From a bacterium (GTDB taxonomy: Bacteria; UBA8248): 64,000 bases of DNA. The stretch is taken from positions 192,001 to 256,000 of the forward strand of contig OZ241326.1 in NCBI GenBank assembly GCA_965199855.1, in the 5' to 3' direction. The notes under the pieces are model-generated. The model ran no database searches. It saw only the letters and a list, made by a program, of their open reading frames with translations, and had not been told where the DNA came from. Both the position numbers and the translations under genes were made by a program. Positions within the stretch are counted from its first letter, which is position 1. Every line of letters starts with the position of its first letter. This document shows positions 43,533 to 51,690 of the stretch, in pieces.

Positions 43533-44423
43533 TCAGAGCAAATCGGGCCGCTCCTCGTCCTGATAGTGGGCGAGGCCCCCGGGCGCGGTTCCCTTGCTCC
43601 GCAGAACGTGCATGGGGGCGGGCGTGAGCGGCTTCCACTGCGTCTCTTCGGGAGGCTCCGGCCACTCGTAGGGCAGGTGGCGATAGGCGTTCGGGCCCCG
43701 CGCGGCCTCCAGATGCGCGAGCGCGTCATCGCAGACCGCGCGCTGGCCCTCCCGGTCGCCCACGTCTCCCAGCAGGCGCCCGAAGGGATACTGGATGAAC
43801 ACCGCCCTCGGGACGCAGACCCTCTCGGAGACAGCCGGCTGGTTGCATATCGACACCGTGGCGATTCCCAGCTCCTCCAGCTTTCTCTGCAGCAGGCTCA
43901 CGGACCGCATGCAGAGCGGTCAGACGGGGATGAGGAACGCCGCGTCCACCCCCTCGGAGCGCATCTTCTCCGCCACCAGGGGCGCCGTCCTCTTCACCAG
44001 GGGGTGGAAGTTGGGCGTGTAGCCCATGGTGGAGTAGAGGGCGTCGGCCAGCGCGCCGATTCTTCCCTCGCGCTCGCAGTCGAGGAAGACGTCCACCGGA
44101 AACGCCACGTTCCTGTCGCGCTTCAGATACTCGGTGTTTACGTGCAGATGGGAGTATTCGCAGTCGTCCTGCCCCGCCGTCCTCGGAATCTCCCGATGGG
44201 TGGGGTCGCCCCAGTGCGGCTCGCGCCATTCGCGCTCGTAGTCGAAGGAGACGTCCCCCTTCACGTAGATGCCCGCCGTGGAGACGAGGGTTATCTTGCA
44301 CTCGGAGAGCGGGCGGGACAGCGGCGTCCAGGGCGTCTTCGCCGGGTCGGCCGGCCGCATCGCCTCGATGCGCTCCCTGCTTCCGGGATAGAAGGCGTAG
44401 CCGTCCACTTCGGCGACGGGCAT
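43533..44423 (-). CDS. GrdB/PrdB-family (glycine/betaine/proline reductase B-like) selenoprotein, U-P-L-C (Sec at TGA 43922-43920)
   Basis: In-frame join ...VDAAFLIPV-TGA-PLCMRSVSLLQRKLEELGIATVSI; family motifs ITLVSTAG, GDPTHR, DRNVAFP, VPRA, YPFG; downstream stem CTCTGCA...TGCAGAG. Confidence 0.88.
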
Positions 44424-44522
44424 GTCTTCACCTCACGGGGGCGCTCTCGGCCAGAGCGTCCATGAAGCCGGAAGCATGGAGCGATCATTTGCTTTTATAG
44501 CACATGAGCTCTTGAAAGATCA

Positions 44523-44551
44523 TTGACTTTCAAAGGTCATTCTCGTATATT
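44523..44551 (+). promoter_or_regulatory. sigma70 promoter driving the structured RNA and NYN gene
   Basis: TTGACT-N17-TATATT; the -35 is overlapped by the inverted repeat TTGAAAG..CTTTCAA (44512-44533). Confidence 0.7.
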
Positions 44552-44557
44552 TTCATT

Positions 44558-44661
44558 AACCCCCCCGGTGGTTTCGACTGCCGGGTGCGAGGCCTCCATC
44601 TGGCGTATTCATCTATCGTGGGTTTCCACTTTGAGATACGCTTTTGGAGGCCTCTGTTTTT
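44558..44661 (+). ncRNA. Candidate structured ncRNA/leader ending in a terminator-like U-tract
   Basis: Hairpin 1 is CCCGGTGGT-TTCG-ACTGCCGGG. Hairpin 2 pairs GAGGCCTCCA/TGGAGGCCTC, GCGTAT/ATACGC and GTGG/CCAC, and is followed by TGTTTTT. Confidence 0.6.
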
Positions 44662-44664
44662 AGG

Positions 44665-45288
44665 ATGCGGACGTATATTTATGTTGACGGGTTTAATCTC
44701 TACTATCGCGCCCTGAAAAATACCCCTTTCAAATGGCTCGATCTTTCCGGTGCGTTTCGTGATTTACTGCAATCCCGCCACGACATTCTAAAAATCAAAT
44801 ACTTTACCGCGCGCGTATCGGGACGGCCGGCCGATCCGTCCAAACCGCAACGCCAAGACCTATACCTGAAAGCGCTGAAACACCATTGCAGGGAGGTGGA
44901 AATCTGTTTTGGTCATTTTTTAAGCCATAAGATTGCCTTGCCGCTCGCCGATTCCGGCGACAGACCACGATACGCCGAAGTCATCAAAACCGAGGAAAAG
45001 GGGACGGACGTGAATTTCGCCGCGCATCTCTTGAATGACGGGTGGCGGAACGTCTACGACTGCGCAATCGCGGTTACGAACGACAGCGATATCGCGGAAG
45101 CCTTGCGCTTGGTAAAATCGGAACATGGGAAACGAATTGGCCTTGTAACGCCGGGAGAAGGCCACGCATCCCAGCAACTGATGCAATATGCCGATTTTCA
45201 TCGGCGCCTCCGAAAAAACCTGTTGCGAAACAACCAACTCCCCTCCTCGATTCCGGGAACGAATCTCGCGAAGCCCGCCGGCTGGTGA
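44665..45288 (+). CDS. NYN-domain (LabA/DUF88, PIN-like) ribonuclease
   Basis: YVDGFNLYY, EEKGTDV, TNDSD acidic catalytic motifs; lower GC; ATG at 44665. Confidence 0.9.
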   Translation: MRTYIYVDGFNLYYRALKNTPFKWLDLSGAFRDLLQSRHDILKIKYFTARVSGRPADPSKPQRQDLYLKALKHHCREVEICFGHFLSHKIALPLADSGDRPRYAEVIKTEEKGTDVNFAAHLLNDGWRNVYDCAIAVTNDSDIAEALRLVKSEHGKRIGLVTPGEGHASQQLMQYADFHRRLRKNLLRNNQLPSSIPGTNLAKPAGW

Positions 45289-45322
45289 GTCCGGGAGCGG
45301 GCGTTCCGCTTTCCCCGAACCC

Positions 45323-46153
45323 TCAATACGCCGTCCACAGGACGCGCAGGAGCTGATCCGCCAGATCCAGGTCGCCCTCGATTTCGAGGCGGCCGGCCGC
45401 CATCATCGCCTCGCGCTTCGCGCGTCCGAAGAGGAGGAGCAGGTGCGCCTCGGCGTCCGCGGTGATCGCCGCGTCGTGGCCGCCGGACGCGTCGGGGGAT
45501 TCCTGCGCGCTTTCGCCGAGCGCCGTGAGCGTCCATGCGCGCTCCGGCTCCGTCGAGCGGAACAGGAAGCGGGCGTTGAACGGGGGCTTCTCGCGGACGC
45601 CGAACAGGCGGCTCTGGCTCGCGGGAAGGAAGGTCATCATCCCCGCGACCCCCTGGGGGGCGACGCGGGCGGCGGCGTCCTCGCCGCAGCGGACGTCCCA
45701 GTCGTGAACCGCCAGCTCGACCAGCCGCAGCCCGATCCAGGCGTCGAGCCTCGTGAGGCCGCGCGGGTGATAGCCGAGCTTCCCGAGGTCCTCCGCGCCC
45801 ATGGCCTCGAGCGCGCCGTTCACCGCCGCGGCCGAGGCGTCGAAGGCGTCCATCATCTCCGCCCGGGGCAGCGCCATGAGCGCGTCGCCCCTCTCCTTGC
45901 GGATGGCGAGAAACTCCTTGGCGTCGCGCCCGTAGGGCGGCTCGGGCGGCAGGCCCTCCAGCGCGCGGCGAATCGAGTTCGCGTAGAAGTCGCCCCCCGT
46001 CGCCACGTGGGAGACGGCGTGCCGCGCCTTCCAGCCGGGGCAGAAGGCATCGACCTCCCAGCGCTCCTCCGAAAAGCCGCGCCACTCCGCCGACAGGCGC
46101 GCGGTCTCCGACTTCACCAGGGCGACTCGTGAAAGACATTCATCCGGGGTCAT
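45323..46153 (-). CDS. Maleylpyruvate isomerase family (MDMPI-like) metal-dependent protein with SCP2-like C-terminus
   Basis: CPGWKARHAVSHV, ELAVHDWDV, GRLEIEGD; start trimmed to ATG at 46153. Confidence 0.8.
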   Translation of the reverse strand: MTPDECLSRVALVKSETARLSAEWRGFSEERWEVDAFCPGWKARHAVSHVATGGDFYANSIRRALEGLPPEPPYGRDAKEFLAIRKERGDALMALPRAEMMDAFDASAAAVNGALEAMGAEDLGKLGYHPRGLTRLDAWIGLRLVELAVHDWDVRCGEDAAARVAPQGVAGMMTFLPASQSRLFGVREKPPFNARFLFRSTEPERAWTLTALGESAQESPDASGGHDAAITADAEAHLLLLFGRAKREAMMAAGRLEIEGDLDLADQLLRVLWTAY

Positions 46154-46493
46154 GCGGGCGTCCTCCGTTTCGCTCAGCCGCCGCTTCCGCGCCGCGGCGA
46201 AATCCTCCAAATCGAACAGGCGAGGGGGGCGCGGCGAAGTATCCCGAAACCGGGGCGCGCTGTCCACCCCGTGAAACTGGCGGAGGAGGGGCGGGTTCTG
46301 CTAGGCTGGCGGATTCACCACGTCCGGAACGGCGCGGGAGGCTCCGCGGCTCGCCCGTCTTCCGGGGAGAGGAGAAAGCCATGCGCCGCCCACGCGCGGC
46401 CCGACCTTCGCCCGCGCGCGCCGGCTCCAGCGCCGCGCGCCCTTCACCGGCCCGCCGGAAGGCCGCGCGCCCGGCGGGAGGAGCCGCGCTCTC

Positions 46494-47819
46494 ATGTCCC
46501 CTCTGATGGTGGCCGCCGACCGCGACGGCAACCTGTTCGAGCACCCGGAGCTGGAGATGGTGGGCGCGCGGGGCGCCGAGCCTGCGGCGCCTGCGCCGGA
46601 GGAGCTCTCCCCGCTGCCGGAGGGCGCCCGGTTCTTCACGATTCCGGGCGGCGCGCCCGTGGGCCGCGACCCGCGGACGGGCGCGCTCGCGATCGTGGCC
46701 GAGGCGGACTGGGGCGAGGGGCCCGAGGCGCTGCAGGCGGCGTGCGCGTTTCCCCCGCCGGGGTGGATGCGCACCCTGCTCCCCTTCTCGGAGCGCGGAG
46801 AAGGCGCCGGCGTCCTCCCCCTGTGGGCCTATACGGCGCTCGGCTTCGACCCGGACGCCGGCGGGTTCGCGTGCGCCGCCGTGCGGGTGGACGACTGCCC
46901 GCGCTGGGAGCCCGGGGAATACGACGACGCGGGCCTGCCCGAGCGAATCGCCCGGATGAGAAGCGCCCATCCCGAAAACCGGCTCCTGCCCCACCTCGCG
47001 CGCTGCGCGAGCGCGTTCCACTGCTTCGCGGCCAAAAACTTCTTCGCCCGCCGCTGGGAGATGGGCCTGCCCGTCGCCCCGCTCTGCAACGCGGACTGCC
47101 GGGGGTGCATCTCGCTCCAGAGCGACGACCTGTTTCCGGCGAGCCACCAGCGCATCGGCTTCGCGCCGACGCCCGAGGAGCTGTGCGGCATAGCCGCCCC
47201 CCATCTCGAAGAGGCGGAAGCGGCCGTCGCCAGCTTCGGCCAGGGATGCGAGGGGGAGCCGCTGCTTCAGGCGCGCGTCATCGAGCGCGCCTGCCGCCTC
47301 ATCCGCGAGCGCGCCCCGCGCGGCACCCTCCACCTCAACACGAACGGCAGCCGGCCCGAATGGATGGCGCGGCTCGCCGCGGCGGGCCTCGAGAGCGTCC
47401 GCGTCAGCCTGAACAGCGCGATTCCCGAATGGTACCGCGCCTACTACCGCCCCGAAGCCTACGGCTTCGCCCAGGTGGAGGACTGCGTGAAGGCCGCCGC
47501 GGACGCGGGGCTCTACGCGCAGATCAACTATCTGGTCTTTCCCGGCGTCACGGATCTCGAGGCCGAAGTCGAGGCGATGCTGGACTTCGCGGAGCGAACG
47601 GGGCTTCACGTGATTCAGATGAAGAACCTGTGCATCGACCCCGCCCTCTACCTGGACGCCCTGCCCAACCTGGGGGACGCCGGAGAGGCGATGGGCATGG
47701 CGCGGACGCTCGGCCTCTACCGGGAGGAGCTGCCCGGAGTGGCGATTCGCTACTTCAACCGTCCCAAGGAGGAATGGCATCTCGACCCCAAAGCCTCGAA
47801 GGCGGGCGCGGCGCGATGA
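46494..47819 (+). CDS. Radical SAM protein of unknown function
   Basis: CNADCRGC motif, SFGQGCEGEP, LNTNG, RVSLNS. Confidence 0.88.
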   Translation: MSPLMVAADRDGNLFEHPELEMVGARGAEPAAPAPEELSPLPEGARFFTIPGGAPVGRDPRTGALAIVAEADWGEGPEALQAACAFPPPGWMRTLLPFSERGEGAGVLPLWAYTALGFDPDAGGFACAAVRVDDCPRWEPGEYDDAGLPERIARMRSAHPENRLLPHLARCASAFHCFAAKNFFARRWEMGLPVAPLCNADCRGCISLQSDDLFPASHQRIGFAPTPEELCGIAAPHLEEAEAAVASFGQGCEGEPLLQARVIERACRLIRERAPRGTLHLNTNGSRPEWMARLAAAGLESVRVSLNSAIPEWYRAYYRPEAYGFAQVEDCVKAAADAGLYAQINYLVFPGVTDLEAEVEAMLDFAERTGLHVIQMKNLCIDPALYLDALPNLGDAGEAMGMARTLGLYREELPGVAIRYFNRPKEEWHLDPKASKAGAAR

Positions 47820-49288
47820 GCGGAGAACTCCTGCGAATCCGCCCCGCCTCCGAGGCGCCCCTCGTGCGGCGCGGCGCGCCCGAGCCCGCCGCGCCGGACG
47901 CGCCGACGGCGGCGCTCGTCTCCCTGGGCTGCGCCAAGAACACGGTGGACTCCGAGATCATGCTCGCCGCCCTGGCGGGGGCGGGCTACCGGCTCGTGGA
48001 CGACGCGGAGGGGGCCCGGGTCGCCGTCGTCAACACGTGCGGCTTCATCGAGGACGCGAAGCGCGAATCCATCGACGCGATTCTGGCGCTGGGGCGGCTC
48101 AAGGAAGCGGGCGATCTCGACACCCTGGTGGTGGCGGGCTGCCTCGCCGAGCGCTACCGGGGGGAGCTCGCCCAGGGCCTGCCCGAGGTGGACCTGTTCA
48201 TCGGAACCCGCGAATACGACCGCCTGCCCGCGCTGCTGGAGGGCGCGCGCGGCGGGGCGCGGGAGGCGTTCTCCGACACCCTCATGGACTACGGCAGAAG
48301 ACTGCCGCGCATCCTGGCGGAGCCCGGCCCGAGCGCCTACCTGAAGGTCGCCGAGGGCTGCTCGCGCCCCTGCTCGTTCTGCGTGATTCCGAGGTTTCGC
48401 GGCAGGTTTCGCTCGCGCCCGCCCGACGTCCTCCTGGAGGAGGCGCGCGCCCTGGCTGGGGCGGGCGTTCGGGAGGTCAACCTTCTGGCGCAGGAGATCA
48501 CGAGCTACGGGCGCGACCTCGGCTCCGGCCATTCGCTCGCCCGGCTGCTCGAGGAGCTGAACGGGGTGGAGGGCCTCGCCTGGATCCGCGTTCTCTACAA
48601 CTACCCGCGGGGGGTGACGGACGAGCTGCTCGACGCCTACCGCGAACTGCCGAAAGTGTGCGAATACATCGACATGCCCCTTCAGCACGTCGCCTCCCCG
48701 GTGCTCGCCGCCATGCGGCGCGGCATCGACGAGCGCGGCACGCGCGAGCTCGTCGCGCGCGTCCGGGAGCGCGTCCCCGGCTGCGCGCTCAGGACGACCA
48801 TGCTCGTCGGCTTTCCGGGGGAGAGCGAGGCGGACTTCGATCTTCTGCTCGACTTCGTGGAGGAGACCCGCTTCGCGCGGCTGGGCGCCTTCGCGTTCTC
48901 GCCGGAGGATCGCTCCCTCGCGGCGCGCCTGCCCGATCAGGTGCCCGTAGAAGCCGCGCGCGAGCGCATGGCGCGCCTACTCGCGCTTCAGGAGCGCATC
49001 ATGGCCGAGGAGAACCGTGCGCTGATCGGCCGGAGGATGGACGCGCTCGTCGAGGGCCTGACGGGAGAGGGGCTTCTGCGCGGGCGAACGCGGCTCCAGG
49101 CCCCCGAGGTGGACGGCGAGGCGTTCCTGCACGAGACCGAGGCGCGGCCCGGAGACGTCCTCGCCTGCGAGATCATCGGCTCGGACGGGGTGGACCTGGT
49201 GGCGCGGGGCGTCGGGGCGGACGGGGGCGGCCCCCGGGCGGCCTCTCCTCGCGCGGGAAAGCGCGAAAGCGGGGAGAGCGGCGAATGA
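47816..49288 (+). CDS. rimO: Ribosomal protein S12 methylthiotransferase
   Basis: SLGCAKNTVDSE, NTCGFI, AYLKVAEGCSRPCSFCVIP, QAPEVDG; ATGA overlap with the upstream gene. Confidence 0.93.
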   Translation: MSGELLRIRPASEAPLVRRGAPEPAAPDAPTAALVSLGCAKNTVDSEIMLAALAGAGYRLVDDAEGARVAVVNTCGFIEDAKRESIDAILALGRLKEAGDLDTLVVAGCLAERYRGELAQGLPEVDLFIGTREYDRLPALLEGARGGAREAFSDTLMDYGRRLPRILAEPGPSAYLKVAEGCSRPCSFCVIPRFRGRFRSRPPDVLLEEARALAGAGVREVNLLAQEITSYGRDLGSGHSLARLLEELNGVEGLAWIRVLYNYPRGVTDELLDAYRELPKVCEYIDMPLQHVASPVLAAMRRGIDERGTRELVARVRERVPGCALRTTMLVGFPGESEADFDLLLDFVEETRFARLGAFAFSPEDRSLAARLPDQVPVEAARERMARLLALQERIMAEENRALIGRRMDALVEGLTGEGLLRGRTRLQAPEVDGEAFLHETEARPGDVLACEIIGSDGVDLVARGVGADGGGPRAASPRAGKRESGESGE

Positions 49289-50118
49289 GCGAAGCGTCCT
49301 ACGACCCGGAAGCCTTCCGGGAGTTCGAGCGCGCGGGCTGGAACGGCGCAGCGGCCGCGTACGCGGACCTCTTCGGCGCGGTCACCGCGCAGGCGGCCGT
49401 CCCCCTGCTCGACGCCGCCGGCGCGCGCTTCGGAACGCGCCTGCTCGATCTGGCCTGCGGGACGGGCGCGGTCGCGGCGGGGGCGCTCATGCGCGGCTGC
49501 GACGTGGTCGGGGCGGACTTCGCGGCGGAGATGGTCGCCGAGGCCGCCCGCCGCTGGCCGGGCGCCGAGTTCCGGCGCTGCGACGCGGAGGCGCTGCCCT
49601 TTCCCGACGCGCGCTTCGAGGCCGTGGTGAGCAACTTCGGGTTCATTCATTTCCCGCGTCCCGAAATCGCGCTGGCCGAGGCCGCCCGGGCGCTCGAGCC
49701 GGGCGGCGCGCTCGCCTTCACCGCGTGGACGAGCGACGCGGGCCACCGGTCGCTCATGGAGCGGGCGATACGCGAGCAGGGCGACCCCGACGTTCCCCTG
49801 GTCGCCGGCCCGCCCGCGCCCTTCTACGAGGACAAGGCGGAATGCGCGCGCGCGATGGCCGGGGCGGGCTTCGCCGCGCCCGAATTCTCCGACCTCGCCC
49901 TCTACATGGAGGCGGCCTCGGCCGGGGGCGTTCTGGAAGTCATCGAGAAGTCCACCGTGCGCTCGGCGGCGCGCCTGGCGGCGCAGACGCCGGAGGCGCG
50001 GGCGCGAATCAGGGAGGCGATCATCCGGGGCGCGGGCGCGTTCGAGCGCGAGGGGGCGATTCGCCTGCCCATGCGGGCCAGGCTCATCTCCGCGCGGAAG
50101 CTGCAGGAGCGCGCCTAG
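49285..50118 (+). CDS. Class I SAM-dependent methyltransferase
   Basis: LLDLACGTG, DAEALPFPD, LEPGG; ATGA overlap with rimO. Confidence 0.9.
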   Translation: MSEASYDPEAFREFERAGWNGAAAAYADLFGAVTAQAAVPLLDAAGARFGTRLLDLACGTGAVAAGALMRGCDVVGADFAAEMVAEAARRWPGAEFRRCDAEALPFPDARFEAVVSNFGFIHFPRPEIALAEAARALEPGGALAFTAWTSDAGHRSLMERAIREQGDPDVPLVAGPPAPFYEDKAECARAMAGAGFAAPEFSDLALYMEAASAGGVLEVIEKSTVRSAARLAAQTPEARARIREAIIRGAGAFEREGAIRLPMRARLISARKLQERA

Positions 50119-50963
50119 GGGCTCACGTATTCGGGCGGCGTTCCGCCGTTCATCCATTCGACGATCGCCCCCACCGTCTCGCGCTCGACGCCCAGGAATC
50201 CGTGCGCGCTCAGCCCCCGGCAGGGGCGACCGAGCGGCGCGTCCCCCCCGCTGATTGTGACGAAGCGCCTGCGCGGGCTCCTCTTCATGGCGCGGTAGGC
50301 GGCGCGCGCGTCGACGTAGGGCGACGCGCGGCACGCGTCGTCCGCGTGATGCGCCATCAGCACGGGGCTTTCGACCTCCTCCGCGTGGAAAATGACCTCC
50401 GATACGCTCGAGGTGAGGACGAACCCCCTGACGTTCGGATGCCTCATCGCCGAGGCCAGATACGCGACGGAAAGCGCGCCCCGGCTCGCGCCGATCAGAA
50501 AAACCTCGCGCGCCCCCTCGCTCACCAGAAAATCCACCGCCGCCCGGACGTCCGCGCGGTGCGCCTCCGACGTTCGGAAACGGCCGTCCATGCCGCCGCT
50601 CCTGTCCGAGGGCGCGTCCACGATGGCCGCGGCGAACCCCGCCCTGGCGAAGAGCGGAGCGCTTCTCACCAGAAAATTTTTCGAGGGTCGAAGGCTTCCC
50701 CCGCGCCTTCTCGCTATCGGCGTTCCCACGGAGCCCATGAAGAGGAGCGCGGCCTTGCGCCCCGCGTTCTCCGCCCTGACGATCAGCAGACGCTGGCGCG
50801 CCCCGCCCCGCGTGGGAAGGCGCGCGTCCTCCCACGCCAGCCGCGCCCCCTCGGCGAAATCGCCGTAGGCGAGAACGCGAACCTCCTCCCGTTCGATTTG
50901 CTCGGCGAAGACGCCGCCCGGGAGGACGCAGGCGAGCATCGCCGCCGGGAGCCACCGCGTCAT
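50115..50963 (-). CDS. Exported alpha/beta hydrolase-fold protein
   Basis: Signal peptide MTRWLPAAMLACVLPGGVFA; GASRG, HHADDAC, HGFLG. Confidence 0.7.
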   Translation of the reverse strand: MTRWLPAAMLACVLPGGVFAEQIEREEVRVLAYGDFAEGARLAWEDARLPTRGGARQRLLIVRAENAGRKAALLFMGSVGTPIARRRGGSLRPSKNFLVRSAPLFARAGFAAAIVDAPSDRSGGMDGRFRTSEAHRADVRAAVDFLVSEGAREVFLIGASRGALSVAYLASAMRHPNVRGFVLTSSVSEVIFHAEEVESPVLMAHHADDACRASPYVDARAAYRAMKRSPRRRFVTISGGDAPLGRPCRGLSAHGFLGVERETVGAIVEWMNGGTPPEYVSP

Positions 50964-50973
50964 CGGCCCGCCG

Positions 50974-51582
50974 TCATTTTCCGAAGGGCATGATGGAGCC
51001 TTGGCGTTCCATGGGCCGCTCCAGGCGCCAGAGCTGCCTCTCGAGCGCTTCTTCGGAACACGCGGCGAGCGCGAGCGAGCGCGCCAGATGGCGGCTCGGC
51101 AGCCTGCGCCCGCCCGGCGTGAGCCTGGAGGGTTCGGGGCCGATGGTGAGGCACTTGTCGGGATGGCTCGCAAGCCGCAGGCGGTAGTTGGCGAAGCGCC
51201 ACTTCTGGAGCGGCGAGCCGTCGCACCGGCGCAGCCGCAGCTTCGCCCCCTCGGAGGCGGATTCCGCGGCGACGCACAGCCCGTATTCGGGCATCCGGAG
51301 CGCCCCCCTCGCCACGGCGGCCAGGTCGAAGCGCTCATCCAGGTTCCAGATGCCCTCCTTGCAGGTGTGGACGACGAGGGCGGCCTCGGTGTTCACGCGC
51401 GAGCGGTGCCCCGGAATGTCCACGCAGTGAAACCTCGGCTCGTCCAGGGGAAAGAACGCCTTGACGAAGACGACGCTCCCGCTCTCGGCCCCGGCGGCCG
51501 GAGACGTCCACGCCGCGCCCGGAGCGAGCGCGCAGAGCAGAAAAGCCGCCGCCAGCCGCGCGCGCGAAATTCGCCGGGTCAT
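50974..51582 (-). CDS. Exported protein with a ricin-B (beta-trefoil) lectin-like domain
   Basis: Signal peptide; CVD, LCVAA, CDGSPLQKW, KCLT, RQLW (Cys and QxW repeats). Confidence 0.7.
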   Translation of the reverse strand: MTRRISRARLAAAFLLCALAPGAAWTSPAAGAESGSVVFVKAFFPLDEPRFHCVDIPGHRSRVNTEAALVVHTCKEGIWNLDERFDLAAVARGALRMPEYGLCVAAESASEGAKLRLRRCDGSPLQKWRFANYRLRLASHPDKCLTIGPEPSRLTPGGRRLPSRHLARSLALAACSEEALERQLWRLERPMERQGSIMPFGK

Positions 51583-51690
51583 GCCGGTCTCCTTTTTGAA
51601 CGAGGCGGCCGCCGGAGCGAACCCCCGGCCCGATTCGTCGGATTCCCGCGATGCTTTCACGGGGGAGGATAAGGTGTCAAACGGGGAGGA

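Noticed and set aside
44564-44585. tRNA/tmRNA fragment (att site) suggested by GGTTTCGACT
   Set aside because: There is no acceptor stem, CCA end or integrase, and the sequence is better explained as a UUCG-capped hairpin.
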